A stretch of 64,000 bases of DNA, taken from the NCBI GenBank assembly GCA_030704615.1, contig CM060734.1:47182001-47246000 (forward strand), read 5' to 3'. Below the pieces are notes generated by a model. It did no database searches, was not told the origin of the DNA, and was given only the letters and a program-made list of their open reading frames with translations. The DNA comes from Takakia lepidozioides. Lineage: Eukaryota > Plantae > Bryophyta. Positions 24,616 to 37,194 of the stretch are shown here, piece by piece. Each line of letters opens with the position of its first letter. The stretch's first letter is position 1. The position numbers were made by a program, and so were the translations under genes.

Positions 24616-26020
24616 CTAGTAAACTGCACAACGCTGCACATGGTTCTCTAACAAGACAACTCCAGGTGTCACCATGGCGTGCTCAATGGCTGGCCTAGCT
24701 GGCAGCTTCGCCAGCCTGGCAGCTGCATCTTGCCATGGCGCCGTCGTGGCAGTCTTGACCCTCAAATTGAAGGATCCCTCCGCCACTACACCTTCCACTA
24801 TCTCCGCAGAAGATGAAGTGACCTCCCCACTCTCACATAGTATAGCTGCCAGTCTAAACACTGCAGCTAGTCGCATCCCCGGCGTCACAATTATAGTAGC
24901 CGAGAACAATGGAGCCTGACACACAGAGGTGGCCGCTCCTTGCAGCACACTATCTGCCGTAACCTTGGCAGCACTAAGTAGTGGTGTTGCACGTGTAGCT
25001 CTCCCCAATGGCATAGTAACCTCCGCCTTGGTAACAGTCGGGCGAGAACTAGGTGCCATGGATGGCGTCTCCTCCAATGTGAATGACTGAGGAAGCTAGC
25101 TTGACGACTTGCCTCCCCTCGTTTTAGATCCAACTCCACCTCTGCACCTCGTGGCTCGGGAACTCATGCTGCTCCTCAAGTCACTACAGTGCAGTTACAT
25201 TTATCAAGTGCCTCATGCGAGTGGAAGCCTCCTTCAAGCTCTCAGTAGGCTTCCTCTGGAACTCTTGCAAGCTCCTCAACTTCTCTGTCATCACCCCTTG
25301 GTAGTTCCTTCTCAACTCTTCGAAAAAATCCACAACAGGGTTGAGGGCAGGCACGGGTACTAGTGCTAGTGCAGCAGTGGCTTGGGTGGACATCGTAGCT
25401 CCTGTACCACTAGTCCCACTGATGTTTGTGGAAGCTGCTATTGTAGCTGCAGCTGCTGGTGCAGCTGCCGATGTGGCTGCTGCCCTTGTGCCTCTAGTGA
25501 TGGAGACATAGTCGGGTGACCAGTACATCCTCCACTCCTTGATCTCAACATCGTGCCCCCACCTAAACTCATGGTAATCATCCATGGGTGGCCCCTCAAG
25601 GTGCTGAAACAGCCCCTTCCATGCTATGAAAGGCGTAAACAATTGTGGATTGCGCATTTGCTGCAAATCATACCAACTATCAAACTCTTGGATAAAATAA
25701 TCCAACTTGATGGTGCCCACAGCCCCAGAGTACCTTCATGGCCCCTTGGTAGCTCCATACATCTCCTCCATTGTGTCCCACAACAATGGCACGGAAGTAA
25801 CTTGCACCGTCGGCGTGAACCCTCCTGATTCAGAGTCAGAATCAAAACCTTCATTGGAGAACACAAGAGGTGAAGGTGGCCTAAACCGCACACCTCGTCT
25901 CGTGTACCCACTAGTATCGCTAGTGCTCGTACCGACACTTTCCCCAACAACTGGTGGCTTATGGTTTGGAATACTAGGTTTCTATCATAGCCTGCACCTG
26001 CACCTGCATCCACCGCAGGC
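24616..26020 (-). pseudogene. Gag-like region of the DNMT-Gypsy
   Basis: LDYFIQEFDSW, FFEELRRNYQG and LQEFQRKPTESLKEASTRM (cf. Q...E.V..Y..R gag motif). Confidence 0.7.
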
Positions 26021-26078
26021 ACTCCTATGGTTGGCTGGTCATTACCTCCAACCTCACCACATGAGAAACAAAGATGGT

Positions 26079-27442
26079 CTGGCAGCTCTCGAAAAAGGGA
26101 AAGAGGTCCATGGCGACATCTTCAGAGCTGAAATTGTACCAGATGTCAGTTTGAACAATACCCAGGTGGACATGTTTGCAAAATGTGGGTGCATCTAGGA
26201 TGCAAAGAGAGTGTTCGACACTACGGCTGAACGAGATGTGGTGTCGTAGAGTGCGATGCTTATAGGGTATGCACAGCAGGGACGTGGGATGGAGGCTCTG
26301 GAGACCTATGAGCAAATGATGGGGGAAGCACATCATGTTTGTGTGTATTTGTGCTTGTGCAAGCCTGGTAGCCCTGGAGAAGGGCAAAGAGGTGCATGGG
26401 GATATCATCAAAGCTGGAATTGTACCAAATGTCAATCTAAACACTGCCCCCGCAGCTTTGGAAAAGGGGAAAGAGGTGCATGGCGACATCTTCAGAGCTG
26501 GAATTGTACCAGATGTCATTCGGAACAATACCCTAGTGGACATGTTTGTAAAATGTGGGTGCATCTAGGATGCAAAGGGAGTGTTCAACACTATGGCTGA
26601 ACAGGATGTGGTGTCATGGAGTGCGATGCTTGCAGGGTATGCACAGCAGGGACATGGGGTGGAGGCTTTGGAGACCTATAAGCAAATGATGTGCGATGGG
26701 GTGAAGCCCAACCACATCATGTTTGTGTGCGTTTGCAGTGCGTGTGCAAGCCTGGCAGCCTTGGAAAAGGGCGAAGAGGTGCATGGCGACATCGTCATGG
26801 CTGGAATTGTACCAGATGTGATCCTGAACACTGCCCTGGTGGACATGTATGCCAAATGTGGGTGCATGGAGGATGCAAAGGGAGTATTCGATAATATGGC
26901 TGAACGAGATGTGGTGTCATGGAATGTGATGATCGCAGGATATGCGCAACATGGTTTCATAGGGAGGTCGTGCAACTATTTGAAGGAATGCAAAAGAACG
27001 GCTTGAAGCCGAGCAATATCACCTTTATATGTGTTCTCACTGCATGCAGCCACGCTGGCCTATTGAATGAAGGAAGACGCTACTTTGATTCCCTAAGTCA
27101 TGATCATGGTGTCACTCCAACAGTAAAGCACTTTGGCTGCATGGTGGACCTTCTTGGACGTGAAGGACAACCGGATGAGGCAGTGGACATGATTAATAAA
27201 ATGCCTATAAATCCAAGTGTTGTGGTGTGGAAGGCCTTACTTGGTGCCTGCAGAATCCATGGTAATGTGGAGATGACTGAACATCTATCCTCATGTGGGC
27301 TGAATAGGATGCCGCGACTTATGTATTGCTCTCAAACATCTATGCTGCACCTGGCAGGTGGGATGATACTACAAGGGTGAGAAGAATGATGAAGGTCAAA
27401 GGGGTTAGAAACGAGCCAGGTCGCTGCTGCATTGAGGTTGGC
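26079..27442 (+). pseudogene. PLS-class PPR-E pseudogene with internal motif duplications
   Basis: Repeated ALEKGKEVHGDI..AGIVPDV..NTLVDM.AKCG, CSHAGLLNEG and VVWKALLGACRIHGN; stops and frameshifts. Confidence 0.9.
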
Positions 27443-28953
27443 GCATGATTTGTGCAGAGGCATGGATAGGTGAAGGAGCAGGGATAGAGTGTGGGTCCAA
27501 ATTCATCCAAGAGGGCCTCATTTCAAGCTCCACATTACCTACAATTGCTTGGAATGATAGCTACAAGAAACCTGCATGGGTAGATGGTCAACTGGAAGCC
27601 ACAGCAGCAGCGGCGCCACAATTGATAAAATCAGACACTGCTAATGATGGCACCTTCTTCAACACATTTCACCCTGTTTTTTCCTCAAAATCTTTCTTCT
27701 TCCATGTTGAATTCTGCAAGTTAGCTGGTTGAGTGAACCTTTGATAGTTTGGAGTGACTTTGACATGATACTGCCAAAGTGATAATAGTAAAGTATCCAG
27801 AAACAGGTAACAGAAATGATGAGAAGCTGTGGAATGAGTACTTTTCTGACCCCAGTCAATGGTGGGAAAACCGAGGCAAAAAGGTAAATGCCTGTATAAT
27901 TACAAAGAGTAGCAGACGCAATTCAGCATATGAATGAGTGTGATAAGTTGGGTGTTTCCTAGAACAAATGTAGGCTGTCATTATCAGCTGCTAGCAGCAA
28001 GGCAAGGATGTTTGCATGATTTGTGCAGAGGCATGGATGGTTGAAGGAGCAGGGATAGAGTGTGGGTCCAGATTCATCCAAGAGGGCCGGATTTCAACCT
28101 CCAGATTACCTATGATTCCCTGTGGAAGGATAGCTACAACAAACCTGCATGGAAAAATGGTCAACTGGAAGCCGCAGCAGCAGCGAGACAATTGATAAAT
28201 CAGGCACTGCTAATGAAGACACCTTCTTCAACACATTTCACCCTGTTTTTCCCTCTTATCAGAACCGGCCCTAAATTTCCATGTTGAATTCTTCAAGTTA
28301 GCTGGTTGAGTGAATCTAGTTTGGAGTGACTTTGACATGATACCTCCAATGTGACACCAGAAAAATATCAAAAAATAGGTAACGGAGATGAGGAGAAGCT
28401 GGGGAATGAACACGTTTCTGACCCCAGTCAACGGTGGGACAATCGAGACCAAAAGGTGAATGCCTGTTAGATTACAGAGAGTAGCTGACACAATTCAGCA
28501 TAAGAACTAGAGTGATAAGCTAAGTTGGGTGTTTCCTAGAACAACTCTATGCTGTCATTATCATCTGCTAGCAACAAGTGCAAAGATGAATGCATGATTT
28601 GTGCATACGCATGGATAGCTGAAGGAGCAGGGATAGAGTGTGGGTCCAGATTCATCCAAGAGGGCCGAATTTCAAGCTCCAGATTACCTATGATTCCTTG
28701 TGGAAGGGAAACCTGCATGGGTACATGGTCAACTGGAAGCCACAGCAGCAGCGGCACAATTCATAAAATCAGTCACTGCTAATCAAGGCACCTTCTTCAA
28801 CACACTTCACCCTGTTTTCCCCAATTATCAGAATCGGCCCTAAATTTTTAAGTTGAATTCTGCAAGTTAGCTGGTTGAGTGAACCTTTGATAGTTTGGAG
28901 TGACTTTGACATGATACTGCCAAAGTGACAACACAGAAGTATCTAGAAACAGG
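27443..28953 (+). repeat. Tandem array of ~575-bp unit (~2.6 copies)
   Basis: gcatgatttgtgca...ggatagagtgtgggtcca begins at 27443, 28014 and 28592. Confidence 0.9.
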
Positions 28954-31499
28954 TTCCAATCTTGGTCGTTACGGACTCATGGATTTGTGCACTGTATGGG
29001 GCAGTTTTGAGGTGTTATCTTAATACATTGTCACGTGCTCTTCTTCATGCAGTTCATTTGATTTCGTGCATTGATGGCATGGTCTGTATGTTCTGAAGTC
29101 TGAAGCACATAGGCAATGACATGATCATCCCCAGTGTGCAGGGATTGTATTGTTGCAATGCCGTAGTAGATCGATCGTAGCATCCGTGTTGCTATTCAGA
29201 CACAGTCGAAACAATATTGCACATGTATGAACTACAAGTCGTAGCCCCCAAGTCAATGCAACCAGCAGGAGTGCCTGGTTCCCAACCCACAGTCAATGTA
29301 GTCACTAGTGAGGTAGTGCATTTCAAACCTCCAGTTGCATCTGTCACTTCAACACTCCAGTTGTCGACTCCACTTGCAAGTTGTGAAGGCAACCAGCAGA
29401 CAACTCACTACGCCACGTGCTGTGGCCTTAGGCCTGCACGTGGCGAGACCCGGGAAGCCACGCGTATCCTTGAAGATAACCGCTAGTTCGGTCGCTACTA
29501 CGAGTCCAGCACTCTAAGACGTAGTTCACAACTTTGCAGTCTGACCGTGCAGTCGTTGAAACGACTTGCTAGTTATTTTTGAACTAGTGGTTAGTGCTCG
29601 TGTAGTATGAGATTGTAACTATTCAGCAGCGCGAAGCAACGCGGCTACGGTGCGTGTCCTGCCTCCAAGAGAACACGTGGAGTTTTCACACCAAGCCACG
29701 CGGCTGTATTCCCGGCGTGCACACGGTGGGGAAGTCGGAAACCCCGGTCAAAAGTCCACTGTGGTCAAGGTCCAAGATTCAGTCAACGCCGCGCGTGGCG
29801 ACGCCACGTGGCCACACCTTAAAAATTACCCTGCAGTCGGCGTCACAACTGACTGGAACGACTCCGACCACGTACTGACCGGAACAACTGGGCTGTCCGA
29901 TAGGTCTTGTCCTTCGGACTCGTAGTTGCCTAGTCGTTTTTTGTGTGAAACGACTGGGTTTCCAGTCATTTTTTGAGTCGTTATTTTGGCGATTCCTTGT
30001 AGTGTCGTGAGCTTGAAGTTGAAGCTCCAACAGGCTGCAACCCGCATATAGCATCCTCGCAGCTCCACATTCACCACACTTGGCTGCCATAGCATTGAGC
30101 TATGCAACACCGTTCTTCACCAAAGGCTGCCCGCCTCTCTATCCATTGCAAACCATCAACATGTTTGCCTTTGTGCTTTGGATAGGCTCATGCACGGATC
30201 CTTGCATTCTAAGCTGAACCACTTCTCATCTAAAAACACACAAGTGCTAGCAACTAACTCGAGCTGATATTTCTCGAGTGATAAATAAGAAAGATACAAG
30301 CTCAACATGTCTCACACAAACTGATGCATGTATAAACCATCACTCAAATACAAGTCGAGCCAAGTGCACCCCATGCCATGGGGATTCCACACTTTGGCAC
30401 CATAGGTAGATGCGGTGAGGCTCAACTCGAGAAAGATGAGCCCACCGCGATCTGCCGTGAAGATAACGACGCCAGGTGCCCAAACATACATTGGCTCCTG
30501 GATTGACACTTGGGTCAATCCAATATATAAAAGCTAGCTATTTCCTAGCTACCTTCACACTAGTGGTAAAATAACTTGACAAATTATTTCTATTTTTTGT
30601 TGAATGAGGAGCTACACTATAGCTCGGGAGTGTGTGACCAACAAGTAAGATTGTCAAGATAAGAGGCCAAGAAGAGCCATACTAATTCAAATTGCTTCCC
30701 CAAGTAAGGAAAGGATTTTGGACAAGGGGGAAGGGTTTTGTTTTTTTCCCTCTGGGTGTTTCATTTTTGGTTCCACAGATCTATCCAGCCGCCATTAGCA
30801 GCCCGCAATAGGGCCGGGGGTTGCGCCATCGCCTTAGGATTCCAAAGAGCTATAGCCGGGAGGCCCCTGTGGCCACGCGTCGAGGCGCTGCACGGCGTGG
30901 GGGCCTCCCCGCTGACTGCCGTTGTATTTCACGAAGGTATAGCCGCGTGGCTGCACATGCGCGGAATGACACACAGGGGGGGGGGGAGATGATTCACTAT
31001 TAACCGCCGGGTAAAGACCCCGGACAGAGGACCGGGGGTCCCGGCATAACCTGCAGCTAGGACCGCGGGGTCATCACGCGGCCCACGCGCAAACTCCACG
31101 CCCCGCCACGTGGCGGGCGCAGGCTTCATCCAACGGGCGCAGCAGCCGCCATTTTTCAGGGGGGTCTTCCCTAATAGAACCCGCTATAAGCGGCTCATGG
31201 GCTTAGGCACATAGGACTTAGTGAATAAACCAGTGATGGGCGGGTATGTCACTAAGGACATGACCTACGGGCCCGGACTTGTCAATATGGAAACCCATTA
31301 GAAGCCCGCCGGGCCCGGGCTTGTGAGGATATTAAGATTTTTGTTGTCTGTCGGGTATGCATAATCTATGCTCATTTTTTCGTTGCCGATCATGGATATA
31401 AAGGGTTTGTAGTTATAGAAGCCCGCCGGTCGTCTTTACCTATCTTTTTACTCACTAGTTTATATTTGTTACTCTTTTCTAAGGGATACCAAAGCCAGA

Positions 31500-32584
31500 T
31501 CAACATTTCACACCCACACCAATTATGTGCTTTTATCACGAATACTTGCGTATTGTACTAACATCATGGATACCCTCCGGCCACGTGGCATCATCTTCCG
31601 TAGAATGAATTAATGTGGAGTAGCCACGTGGCACAATCTCATCCACTCAGACTAAATACATGTGGCGTTGTGCAGACCCTTGGATGGCTTTTGTTGACGT
31701 GTAGTCAACCCTATGACTCTGACGCCACGTCAGTTTAGTCATTCCTGACATATATTCAATTAATGCCACGTTGGATATACTTACGTTGGATTTACCGAGT
31801 CATTACTCTTACTTGTCTGTTATGACTAGGCACAGCTCATATCTTTAATGACTCAGATGTCTGTTGAATCTGGTCCGTAATTATTGTAGTCATTGAGTCA
31901 TACATGAAATGCGTCATAAAAGGAGTGAGAAAATACAAGATTTCTTGTGTATTGAAGGAATGGGAAGAACCAGAGTCGTAAGAACACTGGTGAATTGATG
32001 CCCAACTATATGGACAATGACATACATGTACTTCTGAAGAGAAGCACTTGTTGATTGCACCTCATCTGTTTTCTCTGTTCATCATTGTTCAAGCTCATTA
32101 TATGAGATTTTCTTGTCTGCACAATCTCCAATAAGCACGTATACATTTGACGTAACGTCCATTCATTGTTCATCCCATAAAAACATTAAAACATTCATCC
32201 AATCGATTTCTATCCACGTGTACGCATCTCACCAACATAAAGCAGCCACCTCCACTAAGACATTCATTATCAAATGTGTATTAGTCATGTAGTCGTAACC
32301 AATTGACCACGTCATCCTAATGAACTATTACATATGACTATAAGTCATATCAACCATTGTAGTCAACTAACTTTGACCGCAAATTCACACATTACGTAGT
32401 CATGTAGACATTTTTCTCACTACAGCTCAGCCAGAAAACTCTCGGTTTGCCCTCATTTCCGACTACAAGTCATAAAATTAGTCAAATCTTCCAATGACTG
32501 TTGAATACATGCAGTCAGAAAAGCCTCAATTTGTTGTAGTCATTGACCTCTACTTGGGTTACTTTCCCCTTTTTCTCACTGTTG
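31500..32584. mobile_element. Degenerate CACTA-like end with GTAGTC/GACTAC subterminal repeats
   Basis: Several gtagtc/gactac motifs and a terminal-like ttttctcactgttg at 32571; a CACTAGTGG terminus is also present near 30558. Confidence 0.4.
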
Positions 32585-32699
32585 TAGGGCGAGCATCATG
32601 CTTCTAGTTTGGTCCTCCAGTCATTTTTCAACCATTGGCCAACCATCGGTCTTCATATCAGTGGTCTCTCGAGACAAAAGAGAGGAGAGATGACGCTTG

Positions 32700-33347
32700 T
32701 CATCTTTGCTATTTATGACGACGATTGACCTTTGATTGTTCTTACTGATGGGAAGAATTGTTTCATATCATCATGGGTTACCAATGAAGAGGCTGAAGCT
32801 CAAGAAATTTATCTAGTTCTTAAAAAGGTCAAAGATATCTGCACTAACACTTCCATGGTTTCGCCCGTCCTCGGAAACTGTGGTCCATTGTGGTAATTTA
32901 GTGGAAAATCTCTTAGCTAGGCTTACTATAATTCATCTCTTTCAAATTCCTATGAACACTGACCTCTAGGACAAGAAGACATGACATTTAATGAATGGAT
33001 TTGGGCTTGCAAAATCTACTTACCTTTGAAAGTTTGGGACTCGGAACTACTCTGAATGTACCTAATCTCATCTCCATGATGACTGGAAATACTTTCTCAT
33101 ATGTGCGGTTCTCTGTGCTTTGAAACTCGAATGGACTCCAAATGGTCAAAGTTTGTGATATGGCGTAGTCAAACCAAGTTTGTGTGGAAAAGTAACGGTC
33201 ACCACGATCAAGCTTCCTCCACACGTCGTCTAAAAGATGCATTGGTCCATTGACAAAGATTTGAGCTATAGTGGAAGCATCAAGCTGATTCCACTCTTCT
33301 GTTGTAGACTCGTTTAACATTTTATTTAAAAACTCGAGCTCTGACAT
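32700..33347 (-). pseudogene. Divergent F-box-like gene fragment
   Basis: EEWNQLDASTIAQIFVNGP resembles an F-box start; splice donor AAG/GTAAGT at ~33023; downstream LFIGNP remnant. Confidence 0.4.
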
Positions 33348-35069
33348 ATTGCAGGTTGCAACAAATGTATGATATTCTGTACAATTGGATTTTTTTTACA
33401 GCCCAAAAGTCTACGTGAATGTGACAAATTATTCTTGCTACGGATTCCACTTAATGCGGATAGTTCTCTAAAATAACTTGATTTTCAAGTTAAAAGTCTA
33501 ATGCGAATTTTCTTAGAGTGTTTGAAAATGTTAGATCTCTGTTTCCATTATGTTGACCTCCACTTATGTGAAGATAAAATTTGTTGCATCCACACATTGA
33601 TCAACCTACATGAAGATGGAATACTTACTTTTTGAAATTGTATTGTATGTGTATTCACAAATATTAACTATAATCAAATATGCATAGTACAATTATTCAA
33701 AATATATCATTTTTGGATTTGAAGAGGTACAGCAACATGAAGAGGTGTATAGCATATAACTCTAGTTTCTTTTCACCTATTTATTGTAGTGATCCCTAAT
33801 AAATAAAAATTAAATAGATGGAAGATCCATTTAACTTTTGTGAATAATTCATCCACATAATGTGAAGGGCATGTACACTAGCTCTAATACAGATGTAAGA
33901 AGAATAAGACTATGGCTGGAGCAAACGTACTCAGAGCCCTTGCGTTTTGTCCCATTGTGGGGGCAACTGACTCTCTTAAATGAACTTGATATGTATACTA
34001 GTTAGTCAATTGGTTATTTTTCATCTTGCGCTTGCTAATAATCATAAATGAACGAATAGTTGTGATGTAGATACATATTATATTTTGTCTTGCTTAATAC
34101 AGTTTTTCCTGCTTGTGCATCTTGCATTTTACCACCATCTCAATCTCTTTAGTGCAATTTGATCATGATTCATAATTCAGACCTTTCTTTTGAAGTCAAA
34201 CTTGTATTTTCTTAAAAATGGATCAAGGGTTATAAATCATCGTATTTTGCCTGACATTACATGCTAATTGCATATTGAAGTGAATGAAATGACACGGACT
34301 AAAGGCACGTTAGGTGACTAGTGCTTTGAGCAATGATAGAAGAACCCTTAGTTTTATCATCTTTGTGTCTCGGATACTGGTATTGATGCCCCTCCCTATT
34401 GGCCTTATATTTTGTTCTTGTGCCTTGGTTTCTTTCCTTAGGTAATTTCTCCCTATTTTTTAGTTTTTAATTATTTTAATCATTGTTTTCCAAGTAGCAT
34501 CCCCTTTCTCTGCATTTATGGTGGTTTCTGTGAGGTTATGTTTTTTCTCATTTCTTATTTATTTGGGATCGGAGGCCCCAATCAATTATTATGGATAGAA
34601 AAAACAACCACACAAGGCCAGGAGGCTCATAAAGGAAGAACCCCCTTGTAACCTAAGTCCAAAGGAACCAATAAACAAAAGTTACTTGATGGAAAAAAAA
34701 AATGCGCCCAAAAAGACAAACAAGAAACGAAAGAACAAACGGTCAAAGAGCATAAAAGACATCAAACTAGCCGGCAAAGAAGTCAGCGGGAGGCCCAAAG
34801 AAAGAACCCCCTCCAAATTTTAATCGAGTCTTAAGCTTAAAGTCCCAACTCTCACGGTGCCAGCTCCAATTGACCTCCTAATCCCCCACTTCAGCATGAA
34901 AATTCCAACACGAGGAGACAAGCCATTCCATTGAATGTGAATGTGCGAGTCAGAGACTTTGATGCAAATGATGTTGCATGCCATTACTCCAGGACAGGTC
35001 AAAATCCTTGAGGAGCTATATTGATGCCTTCAATCAGTGCACCTACAAAGAGCATGGGAGGTGACTTGA

Positions 35070-37194
35070 CCATCTCTTGATCCGGATGAGCGAAGCAAGT
35101 TAGATGCATCAACAATCAAGCTAGGGGAATAAAAGGGAGGGGCCAACATTGTGGCCTTGAACTATCTTGCAGAGACACCAACCTGACCTTTTCTGAGCTG
35201 ACCTACAAAATAGAAAGTACAAGACTTATGTACCCGCGATAAATAAAATAAAATAAAAAATAAAGGTACCAGTAGTCCCCACAAGAACACACCCCATTGT
35301 TGAAGTGATGAAAGCTGATGGCATCCCTTGCAATACAAACGTGCTTATTCACGCCTCATAGCTAACAAAAAATGGCTTATTATGCCACCGTTGCATTTCT
35401 TGCCAAAAGATGTCAAAAAAGTGATTGCAGGAGATGGGGGGCTTTTGGTATGCGATGGAGGGCAACAACCTCGACCGCCCATCCTAGGCGAAGTTTCCAT
35501 CCCTATGGCCAATTGTTGGGATGAAAATGTGTACCCACCTCGTCAGTCAATTATGCTAGTTTGCAACCCTCTCACACGAGAGTACCTTTTTCTTCCTCCA
35601 ATCAGAGGCATGATCTTGCATGCAAAGACTGGCAATATCATGTTTGAAAAGAGAGATTATGCATCAAGTCGCAAGAACTTTACTTCACCTACTTCAATGC
35701 CCTCTTTTACACATGAGGTCGCGGAGACCTCTAGAACTCAAGATTATAGCAAACATAGTGATCCATTGCAATCTCCATCTGCATCTAATGTATTAGAGGT
35801 TTTGACAATTAGCAATCATTCTAATTCAGTAAGTTCGCCCAATGATATTAAAAAATAACGACGACCAACAGTCTACCGGAAGTCCATCATTCTCTAATTC
35901 AGAGGACAATCAAAGCACATCTATGAATTATAATCGATCAGATCAACATTCAAATAGAAGTTATAGTACTTCTATGCATAGTGCACACCGAGGTCATTCA
36001 TCAGACAACGCAAATGTTGTGTCATCGCGTCAAAACAAAGTGTCCAATCCTTCTGTATATCCTCAAGATATAGAAACACAGATAGATGCAGCGTTGACAA
36101 AGGTCAAATATGTAGATAGAGTGGCACGCCACCCACATCAAAATCCACATCAAAACCGTCGTCCGTCATATGAATCCATAGTGTATGGTCCAAGATCAAA
36201 ACCTAGACCAATCAATATGAACAGGCAATCGATTCGCAAGTATAGTGGTTCAATTAGTGGCGACTCTAAATATATATCAGATTATGCTAGTGATACAAGT
36301 AAAGTTAGTATGGTTGGGCCAACCACTCTACTTAAGGATTCTGATAATGTATTCCACTCAAAGTATGAATTACAAATCGAAGACCATAAAGATGACAATG
36401 CCTATATGAAAAATCTCACAAGTGGTCAACATTATATAATAGTAGTTTTGGGCTACTTTGAGGAGATAAGTCGCAACAACCCAGGAGTGGAAATGCTCGT
36501 GTGCACTGTATACAAATCCAAACACAAAGATGATTGGTGGTATACGCGGATTGCCCCATGTAGGGCAAGACTCATGCCAATCGAACAAGGAAGAACCGGT
36601 CTTGCAGTGCTTAGAGATGAAGCCATGGTCTGGATGGCCGTATGTTTTGGAGGATATTTAATTCACGAGGGTGCCCGCGGGGGTTTTGAGGCCCGATCAC
36701 CGGCTCTTTTCTTCATGTCAGTTGTGCCGGATGATAACCTCGCATTAACTTTCTCTTTTTGTCCAATGGACCAGCCTGAGGGAACTTGGCAATGTCCCAT
36801 TGTGATCCAACCCCTTGGCATGAAAAACTATGAGATGATGTTTGCAGTAACTCGAAAGACTACAAAAGCTGACAAAATTTTAGTATTTGAAATTTGCTTG
36901 GATCGTTCAAGAGGGAATCCAAGGCCCAATGGTTGTTACTTACTTGTAACAGAAACACCGAAAGCAATTTTTAACGAGGTGTTTCAAACCGTGGGTTTCT
37001 CCCAAAAAGAATTTGAATGTTCTGCAAATAATGGTCTAATTTGCATAAGAGTAAAAGAAGAACCAATATTGGCGCTATATGATATTTATCATGGGCAATG
37101 GTTTCTAGACAACTACGCAGGATTTCTAGAAACCAAAGAACATGATAAAGATGCATATCAAATGTTTGAAGGTGCATGGAGACCAGATTTTTGA
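35070..37194 (+). pseudogene. F-box/F-box-associated-domain protein with large S/N-rich insert; frameshift at ~35852
   Basis: SLDPDERSKLDASTI (F-box-like start), AGDGGLLVC, MLVCNPLTREYLFLPP, HYIIVVLG..VYKS...W and C-terminal FEGAWRPDF*. Confidence 0.65.

Larger units (their letters stand above)
21525..26070 (-). mobile_element. Gypsy retrotransposon 5' half: gag - aspartic protease - C5 DNA methyltransferase (degenerate)
   Basis: gag-like ORFs at 24616-26020, PR VLLDSGAQP at 23997-24306 and DNMT motifs at 21525-22404, all on one strand and colinear once the insertions are removed. Confidence 0.85.

Noticed and set aside
25707-26198. 163-aa ORF as a novel gene
   Set aside because: Chance read-through from antisense gag into a PPR fragment
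29160-30520. Short ORFs and a Helitron-like GCGAAGCAACGCGG motif
   Set aside because: No terminal CTAG after the motif and no identifiable protein family
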